A stretch of DNA of 64,000 bases from Macrostomum lignano (lineage: Eukaryota), in contig NIVC01000017.1 in assembly GCA_002269645.1 (NCBI GenBank), positions 124,001 to 188,000 of the forward strand, given 5' to 3'. A program made the position numbers and the translations under genes. The notes under the pieces are model-generated. The model did no database searches, was not told the origin of the DNA, and was given only the letters and a program-made list of their open reading frames with translations. Every line of letters begins with the position of its first letter. Position 1 is the stretch's first letter. This document shows positions 1 to 12,190 of this stretch, in pieces.

Positions 1-285
1 TCGCGTTCGGAGATCCGGGCCAGACAAAAAACTCCGGATAGTCTAAAGTGTAACACCGGCATTTCCAGTGCCAAAGTGCAAGTCGCGGATGCCGGCCGGA
101 AATACCAATCGCATACGAGCGTACGGGGGGAGGGGGTACGGCACCGCGGCCTGCGCAAATACTGTTCGATACAGTGCGCACTCCAGGATTAGGAAATCCG
201 CTGCCTGCGCGTTTCCGCCTTCCCATATTTGGCCTTGCACCTCATTTCTGTTTCCTGCAGTTCATTCTACTCATTGCACCCGTGT

Positions 286-897
286 TGGCTAGATTAGCAA
301 TCCATTCTATTCTTGCATCGTTGATTTAGGCTAGATTAGCAATCCATTCTATTCTTGCATCGTTGATTTAGGCTAGATTAGCAATCTATTCTATTCCTTA
401 TTGATTTAGGCTAGATTAGCAATCCATTCTATTCCTTCATCGTTGATTTAGGCTAGATTAGCAATCCATTCTATTCCTTACTGATTTAGGCTAGATTAGC
501 AATCTATTCTATTCCTTATTGATTTAGGCTAGATTAGCAATCCATTCTATTCCTTCATCGTTGATTTAGGCTAGATTAGCAATCCATTCTATTCCTTACT
601 GATTTAGGCTAGATTAGCAATCTATTCTATTCCTTATTGATTTAGGCTAGATTAGCAATCCATTCTATTCCTTCATCGTTGATTTAGGCTAGATTAGCAA
701 TCCATTCTATTCCTTACTGATGTAGGCTAGATTAGCAATCCATTCTATTCCTTCATTGATGTAGGCTAGATTAGCAATCCATTCTATTCCTTACTGATGT
801 AGGCTAGATTAGCAATCCATTCTATTCCTTACTGATTTAGGCTAGATTAGCAATCCATTCTATTCCTTACTGATTTAGGCTAGATTAGCAGTCCATT
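286..897. repeat. Minisatellite, 37-41 bp unit (GATTTAGGCTAGATTAGCAATCCATTCTATTCCTT + variable tail), about 15 copies
   Basis: Direct tandem repetition. The variable part is only short indels/substitutions, not unique spacers. Confidence 0.95.
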
Positions 898-1210
898 CTG
901 CTCATCACATGAGTACACTAGCAAGACTATATTTCCTGATTCAGGCAATTAAATGTAAATGCATGCAGCATTTTTCTGAAAGTCTGGGGACTGTTGATCA
1001 AAATGCACTTTAGTAAATAGCGCGAGAATCACCTACTCTGAAATAAAGCCTCATAGTCTATGTCCAGTGCTGGCCATTAAAAATCCTGTGCTGGGGTCAC
1101 CGCCGTTGTGTGGCTCGCCTGAGCAAGTTTCTGAGCTCAAACACCTAGCCGCGCAGTTCGTGCCTGGAATTGTAATCGCCCAGCAACAAGGCCACTTTAC
1201 CAACTAGTTC

Positions 1211-4200
1211 ATGCTCCAACGCGACCAAGAAGACGGCTTCAGCACTCGTAATAACCGACAGCTAGCACAAGTCGCCGCTTTAATTTCCGAACCGAATTCT
1301 GCGCCAGCTCTGACTCGGATCATGCTGAAAAGGCGCAACTGCGATCGGCTGGGTTCTTCGGCTGCGGCCAGACCGCCTGCTCTTAGGTGAGTTAGTCAGT
1401 TGGGAGAGCTCAGAGGCTTAGCTGAGTACCATGTTAGGACAGAGTCGAGACCCAGAGGACAAGAATATGTGCCTTAAATGAAAGGCATAGCGGAGGACCC
1501 ATAGGACAGGTAGGTGAGGCATTGTGAAGGACCCAGAGGACGGGAAGGTGAGGCATAGTGAAGGACCCAGAGGACAGGAAGGTGAGGCATAGTGAAGGAC
1601 CCAGAGGACAGGAAGGTGAGGCCTATAAATTAAGACACCACACTATGTATTTATTAGTTTTTCAATCTAGTAAAACTAAATTACAAACTTCATACCAGTT
1701 CTAGTTCTAGAGATAATTACTAAAATTTCAGTCTGACCCGAAGCCCCCCCCCCACCGCCACATCAAACAGCAGCGCCGCCGCGCCGCCAAAGGCGGCAAC
1801 ATCAAAGTACACGGGCCTCTCTGGCTTGTGGATGAACGAGCCGATGGCCAGAGAGGCTGATAAAATTTCCGAAAATCAAGACGAGCCCACGTTTCAATCG
1901 CCCTTGGATTTCGTCGAAGGTACGTCTACGTTGACTATGTCGACTTTCGAGCCGTCGTCTGGCTGGTCGAGCGCGAGGACTCGGCTGGACTTGCAGACCA
2001 ACAACAGCAAGCGAGAGGCCAGACGGGCTGCAGTGGGTGGCGGCGCCAGCGGACCCGCGCTGCCTTCAAGCAACAGCGCGTCAGCCGATTACGAGGTCGT
2101 GTCGGACCTGTCAGACCGAACTAGTGAGTTCGCCTGACTGTGTGGAGTGAGTTATAGCAATACTGGATCAGCAGAATTAATCATTTACAATTATTGCTAA
2201 TTATCTTTTTCAGGTTTGGAAAATACTAGCTCAGTTGCAAAAGGTAAGATTGTTAGTAAATTACATGTCATTTTTTCAACTGTTGCCATCGCATATGCCT
2301 GTCTGTCTGCTTTCTCAGCTCTCTTGATGGCCGGACTCCTCATCCGCCTCTCAACCTCCTCCTCAATTTGATCTCCAATCTCACCTCATCTTCATCAGTG
2401 AGCTGACTGAATGCTTCTAAGTCTAACTCTACTATAACTAAATCTAACTGTGGGTTGCAGCCTAGTGGTCAGAGCGTCGGACTCACGACTTGAAGGTCGG
2501 GGGTTCGATTCCCGATCCCACTGTAACAGTTTGTGTTCTTGAGGAAGACACTTAACTCTGCATTGCTTCAGTTCAGCCAGCTGTAAAATGGGTGCCAGCA
2601 TTAGCTGGGGTAATTGAGGGTGTGTGGCGACCCTCCCCAGTCCTTGGACTGAACAGCCGTACGCAGCCTTCAGATGCGCCGCGCAATAGCTGCGGCTGAG
2701 CTGTCGGTTGCAAATCTGGCCTAATTGGGCCAAGTGTAATCAATTATTATTGTTATCATTATTATATTAAATCAAACTAAATCTGACCCGATCTCACTGC
2801 AAACTCAACCGCTGCCTCCCAGGCGCTGACGCCATGGTGAAGAACTCCATGTCCCGCCCCACGGAGATCATCGACACCTCCAAACTTATCGAGGAGGGCA
2901 AAGTGTCCACCGAATACATTGAGGAACCGGAAATAATCGAGGAGCAAGGTGATGATGGAGGCTGCTGGTGTCCTAAAAACTTCTTTCATTAAAAAGCTCA
3001 GTAAACTCTCCTTCAGATCGCTGCATGATTGACGATTACGAGAAAACGTTTGCCTACGCCAGGCGCATGCGAAAACTGCTCAACATGGCTCTCAAGGAGG
3101 TTGACAAAAACAGCATTGAGACCAATTTCTTGCTGATCAAAGCGCACGAGCATCCGACTCAGCGTTTGATTGACAGGTGGCGCAATGTCGACTACGGCAT
3201 CTCCTATAACGATCAGGTGAAGCGGCAGAAGCAGATAGCGGACTACCTGGCCGCAGCAGTTAAAAAGAAGGGCAAGAAGGGCGCGGAACCGGTGCCAGTC
3301 TACCCGGATCTCATCCGCTTCTCCGTGCGGTTCAAGAAGAACAACTCCGAGAAGCGGTGGAAAGATTACCTGGCGTACAGGAAGAAGATGAAGAAATTGG
3401 CCGCCGGTAAGGCTCTTGGCACGATGCCAAAGGTAAGCTGGTTGGTTAATCTGCGGTGGGCTTCAGACCGTCTCAGTCTTTATGGATCATGTTTTAGTGA
3501 TTGGGGATCTTGTGTCAGAGATTGGGGATTTTGTGTCAGTCATCAAGTATCTCGTCAATCATCGTTAATCTTTTCAGTCTTTAAGAATCTTGTCAGTCAT
3601 CGAAGATCTTGTCAATCATTGAGTATCTTCTCACCGTATCGAATATCTTCTCAGGCATCGAAGAGCTTGTCAGGTATCGAGGATCTTGTCAGGTATCGAG
3701 GATCTTGTCAGGTATCGAGGATCTTGTCAGGTATCGAGGATCTTGTCAGGTATCGAGGATCTTGTCAGGTATCGAGGATCTTGTCAGGTATCGAGGATCT
3801 TGTCAGGTATCGAGGATCTTGTCAGGTATCGAGGATCTTGTCAGGTATCGAGGATCTTGTCAGGTATCGAGGATCTTGTCAGGTATCGAGAATCTTGTCA
3901 GGTATCGAGGATCTTGTCAGGTATCGAGGATCTTGTCAGGTATCGAGGATCTTGTCAGGTATCGAGGATCTTGTCAGGTATCGAGGATCTTGTCAGGTAT
4001 CGAGGATCTTGTCAGGTATCGAGGATCTTGTCAGGTATCGAGGATCTTGTCAGGTATCGAGGATCTTGTCAGGTATCGAGGATCTTGTCAGGTATCGAGG
4101 ATCTTGTCAGGTATCGAGGATCTTGTCAGGTATCGAGGATCTTGTCAGGTATCGAGGATCTTGTCAGGTATCGAGGATCTTGTCAGGTATCGAGGATCTT

Positions 4201-5873
4201 GTCAGGTATCGAGGATCTTGTCAGGTATCGAGGATCTTGTCAGGTATCGAGGATCTTGTCAGGTATCGAGGATCTTGTCAGGTATCGAGGATCTTGTCAG
4301 GTATCGAGGATCTTGTCAGGTATCGAGGATCTTGTCAGGTATCGAGGATCTTGTCAGGTATCGAGGATCTTGTCAGGTATCGAGGATCTTGTCAGGTATC
4401 GAGGATCTTGTCAGGTATCGAGGATCTTGTCAGGTATCGAGGATCTTGTCAGGTATCGAGGATCTTGTCAGGTATCGAGGATCTTTTCAGGTATCGAGGA
4501 TCTTGTCAGGTATCGAGGAGCTTGTCAATCATGTGGGATCAGCAGCCTGGTCCTGGAAACCCAAAAGTAACCCCCCGCCCCCCGACAATGTCTCGCAGGC
4601 AAACGACAAGTACAAGTTTGCCTTCCAAGACATCTGGTCCAGCAACATGGTGGTGTTCGTGAAGCCCACCGGCACCGTGAGGGACATCATCGAGCCCGTG
4701 TTCGCCAGGCTCGGCCTGGAGCGGCGAGCGGATTTCTGCTACACAGTCGGCTGCTTCAACGGCGACAAACGCGCTGGCAAGGCCAAGATTCTGGGCGTGC
4801 CTAACGGTGAGACACGGAGTTGCTTTTTTAACTCTTTGTTTCTGGTCTAGCTCTCTAGCTCTGCTCATGCAACTTTTTGTGGCTTAGAATATTTCTATGT
4901 AGATTTTCACTAAAATAATTTCCCCTACCTGCTAAAAGTCACTCGCTAAACCCTCGCTTATAAATCTCCCCACTAACTCCCTCACTAACTCCCTCACTAA
5001 CTCTCTCACTAACTCCCTCACTAACTCCCTCACTAACTCCCTCACTAACTCCCTCACTAACTCACTCACTAACTCTCTCACTAACTCCCTCACTAACTCC
5101 CTCACTAACTCTCTCACTAACTCTCTCACTAACTCCCTCACTAACTCTCTCACTAACTCCCTCACTAACTCCCTCACTAACTCCCTCACTAACTCCCTCA
5201 CTAACTCCCTCACTAACTCCCTCACTAACTCCCTCACTAACTCTCTCACTAACTCCCTCACTAACTCCCTCACTAACTCCCTCACTAACTCCCTCACTAA
5301 CTCACTCACTAACTCTCTCACTAACTCTCTCACTAACTCCCTCACTAACTCTCTCACTAACTCCCTCACTAACTCCCTCACTAACTCCCTCACTAACTCC
5401 CTCACTAACTCCCTCACTAACTCCCTCACTAACTCCCTCACTAACTCTCTCACTAACTCCCTCACTAACTCCCTCACTAACTCCCTCGCAAACTCCCTCA
5501 CTAACTCCCTCACTAACTCCCTCACTAACTCCCTCGCTAACTCCATCGCCAATCTCGTCGCCAGTCGCATCTCCTCGCTACCCCTCCCCAACCTGCCACC
5601 CTCCCTGCAGAAGCTGAGGAGGTGGACATCTACGAGCCAGTCAGCGAACTGTACAAGAGGAACTGCACGGAGATTTACGTCAACGACAACCGAGTGGAAA
5701 TGTTTGCTACCTTCCCTGACTACTACCAGCCGAGAAGCCGGACAAATCGGCGAAGGCAAAGAAAGTCAGCCAGAAGAAGTCAGATAAAAGCAAGAATAAA
5801 AGCAACACAGAAACAACTGTGGTGTCAAATATCAACTCAAACTATTTCTTTGAGCAACCCGAGGCCGGGCTAG
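1211..5873 (+). CDS. Unassigned multi-exon gene; one exon resembles a Ras-binding (RBD)/ubiquitin-like fold
   Basis: GT-AG exons at about 1211-1386, 1732-(1919 or 2123), 2213-2243, 2823-2948, 3019-3432, 4548-4807 and 5610-5873. Phases agree except at 3432/4548, where a frameshift in the C-runs near 4570-4583 or a missing exon is needed. VVFVKPTGTVRDIIEPVFARLGL resembles the RBD pattern (inference). Confidence 0.55.
1500..1622. repeat. 33-bp tandem repeat (GAAGGACCCAGAGGACAGGAAGGTGAGGCATAGT-like), about 3.5 copies, intronic
   Basis: Direct repeats visible. Confidence 0.85.
2452..2768 (+). mobile_element. tRNA-derived CORE-type SINE, copy 1
   Basis: A box (GCAGCCTAGTGG), B box (GGTTCGATTCC), central GAGGAAGACACTTAAC...TCAGTT...CTGTAAAATGGG similar to the MIR/CORE domain, and an (ATT)n tail. 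Two more copies in the window. Confidence 0.9.
3670..4525. repeat. 19-bp minisatellite GTCAGGTATCGAGGATCTT, about 45 near-identical copies, intronic
   Basis: Direct tandem repetition. It generates the spurious long ORFs in three frames. Confidence 0.97.
4960..5545. repeat. 12-bp minisatellite CTAACTCCCTCA, intronic
   Basis: Direct tandem repetition. Confidence 0.97.
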
Positions 5874-6619
5874 CCGTTGAGCAACCGTGCCAAGAAGCGC
5901 CACCTCGATCTCCTGCTCAAATGTTGTGCAATGAAGCTGAAGCTTTCGAAGCGGCTTCATCAACCGCTGCTGCAGCAGCCGCCGCAGCGGTTTCTGCATC
6001 GCCGCCATTAGCAACTGCTTCTCAGCGCTGCACGGATGCTACTCGGGACACGGCCTCGATGCCCTGAATCAAAAGTACAGTACTCATATTATATGCCTCA
6101 GTTAGTTCAATTTGTACTTTAGTTGCTTATCTAAGATAATTTTTCTTAACAAAAAACACAATTTTAATACTTTTTTAATTACGGCATTGACCAACGACAT
6201 GTTTTTATTAACTTATTATTAAAGTTTTCTTTCACTATACCTAATTTATTTGAAGCCTACCGACAACTTGAAGAGGATTTGTAACTCGTACCTCACCGCT
6301 CCCAACCCGACACCCACAACAGAGTAAAGATATACAATGCTTTATTTTTTATACTTTGCTCCGGTTAAATAAAGACTTGTATGCCTGTACCTGTATACCT
6401 GTAACACCTGCGCAATCTGCTCAACATTCCTGAACACAGGCCGGACAAAATATCGCCCTCCATACTTTTTATTTCTTGTATTTCTCTCACTAAGAGAATT
6501 GAAAAGTAAACGCACTGCACAGAACGGTTAACGGAACTTTTCTGCGGCAGTTCAGAAATCCACTGCATGCGACTTCGTCTCTTTGTTGTTTAAGAGAAAA
6601 CATTCTGAGGAGAATAATT

Positions 6620-7480
6620 CTTTATATTCCCTCTGCCTCCCATCCTTAGCCCCTCTTGTCACCCCTCCCTTCTCATCCCTTAGTTCTCACCCCTCCCTCC
6701 TCACACCTCTCTTCTCACCCCTCCCTTCTCACCCCTCCCCTTCTCGTCCCCTCCTTCTCGTCCCTCCCTTCTCACCCCTCCCCTTCTCGTCCCCTCCTTC
6801 TCGTCCCTCCCTTCTCACCCCTCCCCTTCTCGTCCCCTCCTTCTCGTCCCTCCATTCTCACCCCTCCCCCTTCTCGTCCCTCCCTCCTCACACCTCTCTT
6901 CTCATCCCCCCTTCGTCCCCTCCTTCTCGTCCCTCCCTTCTCACCCCTCCCCTTCTCGTCCCCTCCTTCTCGTCCCTCCATTCTCACCCCTCCCCTTCTC
7001 GTCCCTCCCTCCTCACACCTCTCTTCTCATCCCCCCTTCGTCCCCTCCTTCTCGTCCCTCCCTTCTCACCCCTCCCCTTCTCGTCCCCTCCTTCTCGTCC
7101 CTCCCTTCTCACCCCTCCCCTTCTCGTCCCCTCCTTCTCGTCCCTCCATTCTCACCCCTCCCCCTTCTCGTCCCTCCCTTCTCACCCCTCCCCTTCTCGT
7201 CCCCTCCTTCTCGTCCCTCCATTCTCACCCCTCCCCCTTCTCGTCCCTCCCTCCTCACACCTCTCTCTCATCCCCCTTCTCACCCCTCCCCTTCTCGTCC
7301 CCTCCCTTCTCATCCCTTAGTTCTGACCCCTCCCTCCTCATACCTCTCTTCTCATCCCTCCCTTCTCACCCCTCTTCTCATCCCCCTTCTCACCCCTCCA
7401 CTTCTCGTCCCCTCCTTCTCAACCCTTCCCCTTCTCATCCCTTCCTTTTCAACCCTCCATTCTCATCCCTCCCCCCTAAT
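6620..7480. repeat. Pyrimidine-rich (CT) composite minisatellite
   Basis: Repeated CCTTCTCACCCCTCCCCTTCTCGTCCC units. Confidence 0.9.
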
Positions 7481-7787
7481 TTCTCACATCTGTCTCAGTG
7501 CCCCTCTATTCCACCTTTCTCACTCAAATCCTCTTTCAGCCTGAAATTCAAAACCCAGTTAGCTCTGAATGTACTTCAGAGAATCATAATAACTCAAAAT
7601 GAATATTGAATTAGATTTACGAGCGTATTACCATGATTTAACATAAGTAATTAAATTAAAACTGAGCAATCCTTTGTTTCCTACATTTACGTATGTGATT
7701 GAATACATTAGTGCCGAGATAGCAGAGCAATTTAACAGTTAATGAACAGCAGTTGCAGATAAAGCAAGTTAATGATTATTAATAATA

Positions 7788-9480
7788 TTAAAACTCGACT
7801 GTCTTTAGGGGCAGCCTGGACACTCTCAAGTAGGTCTCCGCAGGGTTTGTTGCCACCCGCAGCAACGGGTCAGCTTTGATGGAAATTTTCGAACCAGCAT
7901 CCAGCCTCCGAATGATCGATATGGGACAGCTGAGCTGCGAAGATGAAGCGGGCTGTAAGTCAATTGCGCAATACCTGTTGCATTGAGCAACGCAGCGTCC
8001 GTTGATTGACAGGTAGACTCCAACGTTATCACCGTAGTTTGGCTCAACGAAAGTGACCTGAGTGTCCAGCTGGTACAGACCGGTCTGAGCGACCGTCAGC
8101 TCGCTACTCCCGACTGGCTGCTGCAGTCTGACTGGGACGACCGCCGATGCCGCCGCCTTTTGGCCTACAGCTACTGTCAGCTGCTTCAGCGGGGCGATGG
8201 GCTGGCCCACTGAAATTTGCGCAGGAGGGGAGGCGAGCATCGTATAACATTTGCAAGGTAGGCAGTTAGGTGGCTTGCATCTGAGGCCTGTGTACAGCCT
8301 GTATAGCACACTAACTACGAGTATTTGTGCAGAAAATAATAAAGCACTGGATGCACTTTTGATTTGATTAAAGTGAGTGCATTGCAGTGCAGGGCCAGAT
8401 AAACATTTAATTAGGAGGGTCGCGTGCTGATAACAAATAGGGGGTGGGTGGGCGACTGGGGAAAGAGCCCTAGATTGAAGAGCCAATCAGAAGGCCGCTA
8501 GGGAGAGAGATAAGAATGGCAGGACTGAACTAGACAAAAAGGGAGAGAAAACAGGAGTAAACAGACGACGAGGCGGATGAACTGAAGAAATGACTACGAA
8601 AGTCGTGACACAACACAGCCATTAAAATAAAAGGACGTAACACTCGCAAAATACAGATAGGAAGTTCACCCTCTAAGAACGGTCTGATGTTTTGAGTGTT
8701 TGAAAACGGGCATTCCAGAGAGAAAATACACTAAAGAGGTGGGAGCAACAGAAATTTCTCCGTAACTTTGCTTGCTAGCCGGTCGGTCTTCTGAGTCTGA
8801 CTCTCCGAAATCATTTCTTGACAAAAACCTGGGATACAAAACCAGCATCTAGACTAGAGAAACTCCTGTTTGCTTTTGATGATTTGCGTCCCTAAATTGT
8901 CTCAGACAAATCATTTTATTTCTTTGCATCACTCACATCCGGACCGCATAGCGATGGACCCATTGTCATAGACTATTGCACACGATTCTGCATAGCTGTC
9001 CAACGAGTCGCCATGGTGGCTGCCGTCGGCACACAGGCCCAGCCGTGCGGCATCAATGCCAACGTCGATGGAGTAGGGAACTTCCGAAGCGGCTCTCTGG
9101 AAAAATGCAAATCAAAGAGCCATTCTATGAATGAAACTTGTGAGTGAAATTTCAATAATCCAGATAGCAGTTTTATTTGGATTTGATAAGCTATTATGTG
9201 TTCAGAAGGCGGGTGATATGGTCGATTAAATGCAATAAACAACTTTCTCACTCACAGCAGCCTTGTAGTCGATCCACCAGGACACAGTTAGGCACTGCAG
9301 CGCCAATAAAATCCCGCAAAGCAAAATGCAAATTATTAAACTGGAAATATTAGGATTATGCTTCTTTCTTGCTTCGAACTTTTGCTCAATAGAATTTTTG
9401 TAAACGCCGTTGCAGCACTCGGTGTCGATTGTGTCGCTGGATTCCGTGTCAACTAGAATTGGCTGCTCACTGCCCGTCAT
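7788..9480 (-). CDS. TNF-superfamily ligand, EDA/Eiger-like type II membrane protein, about 268 aa
   Basis: Exons 9480-9256, 9096-8937 and 8209-7788 join in frame (phases 0, 1) with GT-AG. N-terminal hydrophobic anchor IICILLCGILLALQCLTVSWW. C-terminal ELTVAQTGLYQLDTQVTF...INGRCVAQC...SC...LDAGSKISIK...ETYLRVSRL aligns by eye to the EDA TNF homology domain. Confidence 0.8.
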
Positions 9481-10573
9481 GATTCACAGCAACTCTGAGG
9501 GTGGTAATGGATTAGTCTATGGCAGTACCTGCCCTGCATACCTGGCCAAGGACTTTTCTATGGTCGCCCAAGCTTTATACTTTTTTTAGTTTGCATTTAC
9601 ACACAACACATCTTTTCGATCAGATCAAGTCTTGAAATTGGTAAGAGAAAATTCTAACAAAAGATACACCGCATCGTAAATGCTATACGATTTTCATTGT
9701 TCAAGTGAGTGTTGTGGAGAGTTTATAAGACTCTAAAATGAACACAGAGTTGATAGAAATTGGTTTAAGCAAACCGAACTTGTCCCTAACTGTGTGACAA
9801 GCTGCTCTGAAACTCTCGCCTTACTTTGCATGCTTATTTAGACCCTTTACCGTCACACCAATACCAGCTTTCCCAGTGTACGAGCAGGCTAAATTCCTAA
9901 ATTCCTAATGTTTAACTAGCTCGTATACATGTTAGACTCAAAAGAGCTGAGATAAATTTCCTAGAAATCCTCAATGAAATTTGGGCAATTTCCAGGAAAC
10001 ACAGCTTGCCCGCTGCACTCTTAACTGGTAGATTTAAAGACTGTACATTAACCCAGTCAACACATTCATTATTTAGTCTTGGTGTACGTTAGTACTATGT
10101 CTCTCTCCCTCTCTCCTCTCACTTGCAGTTTGACCGCGCTGCACTCTTGTACATTTTCTGTCTTTGCACTATTCTCTATTGTGAGTATACAAGTTGAAGG
10201 TAAGGCAAGTAAGTTGAAGGCAAATGCGAAAACAGACAATTTAAGCCTGTTTAAGCTATTTGTGCTCCATACATAGGCTAAAACGTAGTGTCTCGATAAT
10301 ATTACTGTTTTAATTCTAAATCGTCTATATTTTCGTGGGAAAAAGTCTATAGGAATTCTCTATGGTTCTCTCTTCAGTTCCCCCAGTTTCAGAGTACCTT
10401 ATTTCCACATTTCTAATACTTGGCATAATTTAAGGGTCCATGCGAATTGCCCCGCAGACGAATTTCCCGCCGAGATTTGCCCTCAGGAGATTTGCCCGCA
10501 GTGCAATTTGCCCGCGAGCGAATTGCCCGCCGAGTTTTTTCCATGGAGGAAAGAATAGAATGGAGTGCTAATC

Positions 10574-12190
10574 CATAGAAATCTAGAATACTAGTATTTT
10601 CCTTCTGTTTGACCCAACGCACACAATTAAAAACGTATATAACAATTTTCAGAAAAGGCAGTCTCTGGAGCTCCCAGCAAAAGATAGCGCCTTTTTTAAT
10701 GTCCCGCTACCACATGTGAAGAGAACGGCTGATTCCTTAATTGTAGCAAAATTTGAGAACATCAAAGAGCTGTACAATCTGGAACAGGACAAGCCACTCA
10801 AACTGGCCCCAAAACTCAACTCAAGCGTCATCGATCCAAAAAGTATTCAGAAGACCTCACCAAAGTTGGCACTAGCTGTGTTTTCTGAGTCTACCGCGCA
10901 CGCCTTGGAATATTACTCGGCGAATCAAGGAAAGCCGTGGGGCGACACTGCGACTTTTGTCCATGCGGTGACGCAACTTTGGAAAGTTTTAAATGTCAAG
11001 ACGAGCTCAATTGGCAAACATAAAAGAGACTGTTGCCGAGATCCAGTCAGGTCAGACACAGATTGGAAGCTTACCTACCTCGCGGACGTCGCTAATTATC
11101 TGCGCGAATGGAAGGCCTGCAGAAGCAAAGGTCTTAGCGACGAAACCTTTCTGGCCCTCAGTCACACGCTGGATGCTCTAGTTGAAGTCTGCAGGTACTT
11201 ACTCAATAGTCTTATGTTCGAATATGTTCTGGTCGGAGCTTTCCAGTCGGACCCACTGGAAGGAAGATTTGGATGGTACCGTCACCGAAAAGGATTAAAC
11301 TACTATGTTTCGTGCAAAGATGTTCTGGATGGTGAGAAGGCAATCCGTTCTGTTTCAGTTCTGAAGTTCAGTCATGCTGCACCACAGACAATTCAGTCAC
11401 TTGCAGCTGCAAAGGACCTGCACAGCGAGGGCAGCGACTTAATGGAAGAAGCCGGGCAAATTGCAGACCAACTAAACCTAATTGAGGAGATCGAAGCAGC
11501 TGATGCCAACGTAACCTACTATGTGGCTGGAAAAATCGCCAAGTCCATCACAGCGCAAAGAAGCTGCACTGCATGCAACCAGCTACTAGTTGCCACTCCA
11601 GACGAATCTGCAGCCGAAGCGCCATCTGACTTTCTGCGACAGCTAGACCGCGGTGGTCTAACGAACCCTTCTGACCTGGTGTTCACCATCTGCAAAGAGG
11701 CTTGGGTGATAATCATGCAACTGCAGCGCTGTCAGCGATTTCTGAAATCGAGGTACAGACACATCAGTCTGTTTGAAGCAGTTTGTTCCAAGATTTTTGA
11801 ACAACTCCCACAGTTGCGATTCCAAACGCATTGTGAGTATCAGCATCCAATCTTGCAGCTGGTGTGCAGGAAGATGTTTAACACTGCTGCAAAGAACTGG
11901 ACTAAACGCCTGTCCGCATCAGCGACTGGACCGACTGTAAGAAAAGTTGCAAAGTTTGGCGCCCACTGATGGTAAGTTTTGCATTCACTGCACTGCTTGA
12001 GAAATATAACTTGTGTACTCTTGGTAAGCAATATACCTTAAATAAAATTGTTTCAATGAAAAGAATGATAAATAAACATTAAAATTTTGGGGAAATAAAA
12101 CTTTTGGGGAAGAGGAGCTTTTTATCCCGGCCCGAGTATGTACGCCCCCGCGAAAGCCTTCACTTCCAGTTAGTATTCTAGATTTCTATG
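10574..12190 (+). mobile_element. Internally deleted P-element/THAP9-like DNA transposon
   Basis: Perfect 20-bp TIR CATAGAAATCTAGAATACTA at 10574-10593 and 12171-12190. No TSD found. Confidence 0.85.
10653..11969 (+). pseudogene. C-terminal part of a P-element/THAP9-type transposase (GTP-binding insertion, C-terminal RNase H part, C-terminal domain)
   Basis: Motifs LKLAPKL...QKTSPKLALAVFSES, FQSDPLEGRFG, YYVAG. The ORF starts at a splice acceptor only about 60 bp inside the TIR, so the THAP domain and N-terminal catalytic exon(s) are absent. Confidence 0.8.

Noticed and set aside
1-292. Short ORFs at the window start
   Set aside because: No recognisable motif; truncated context.
2452-2525. 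tRNA gene (also at 27694 and 30067)
   Set aside because: The acceptor stem does not pair, and the head is fused to a CORE-like body and tail in three dispersed copies, so it is a SINE.
3025-4850. 545/413/294-aa ORFs with (SGIEDLVRYRGSCQVSRIL)n
   Set aside because: Translation of a 19-bp intronic minisatellite, open in all three frames; only the flanking exons are plausibly coding.
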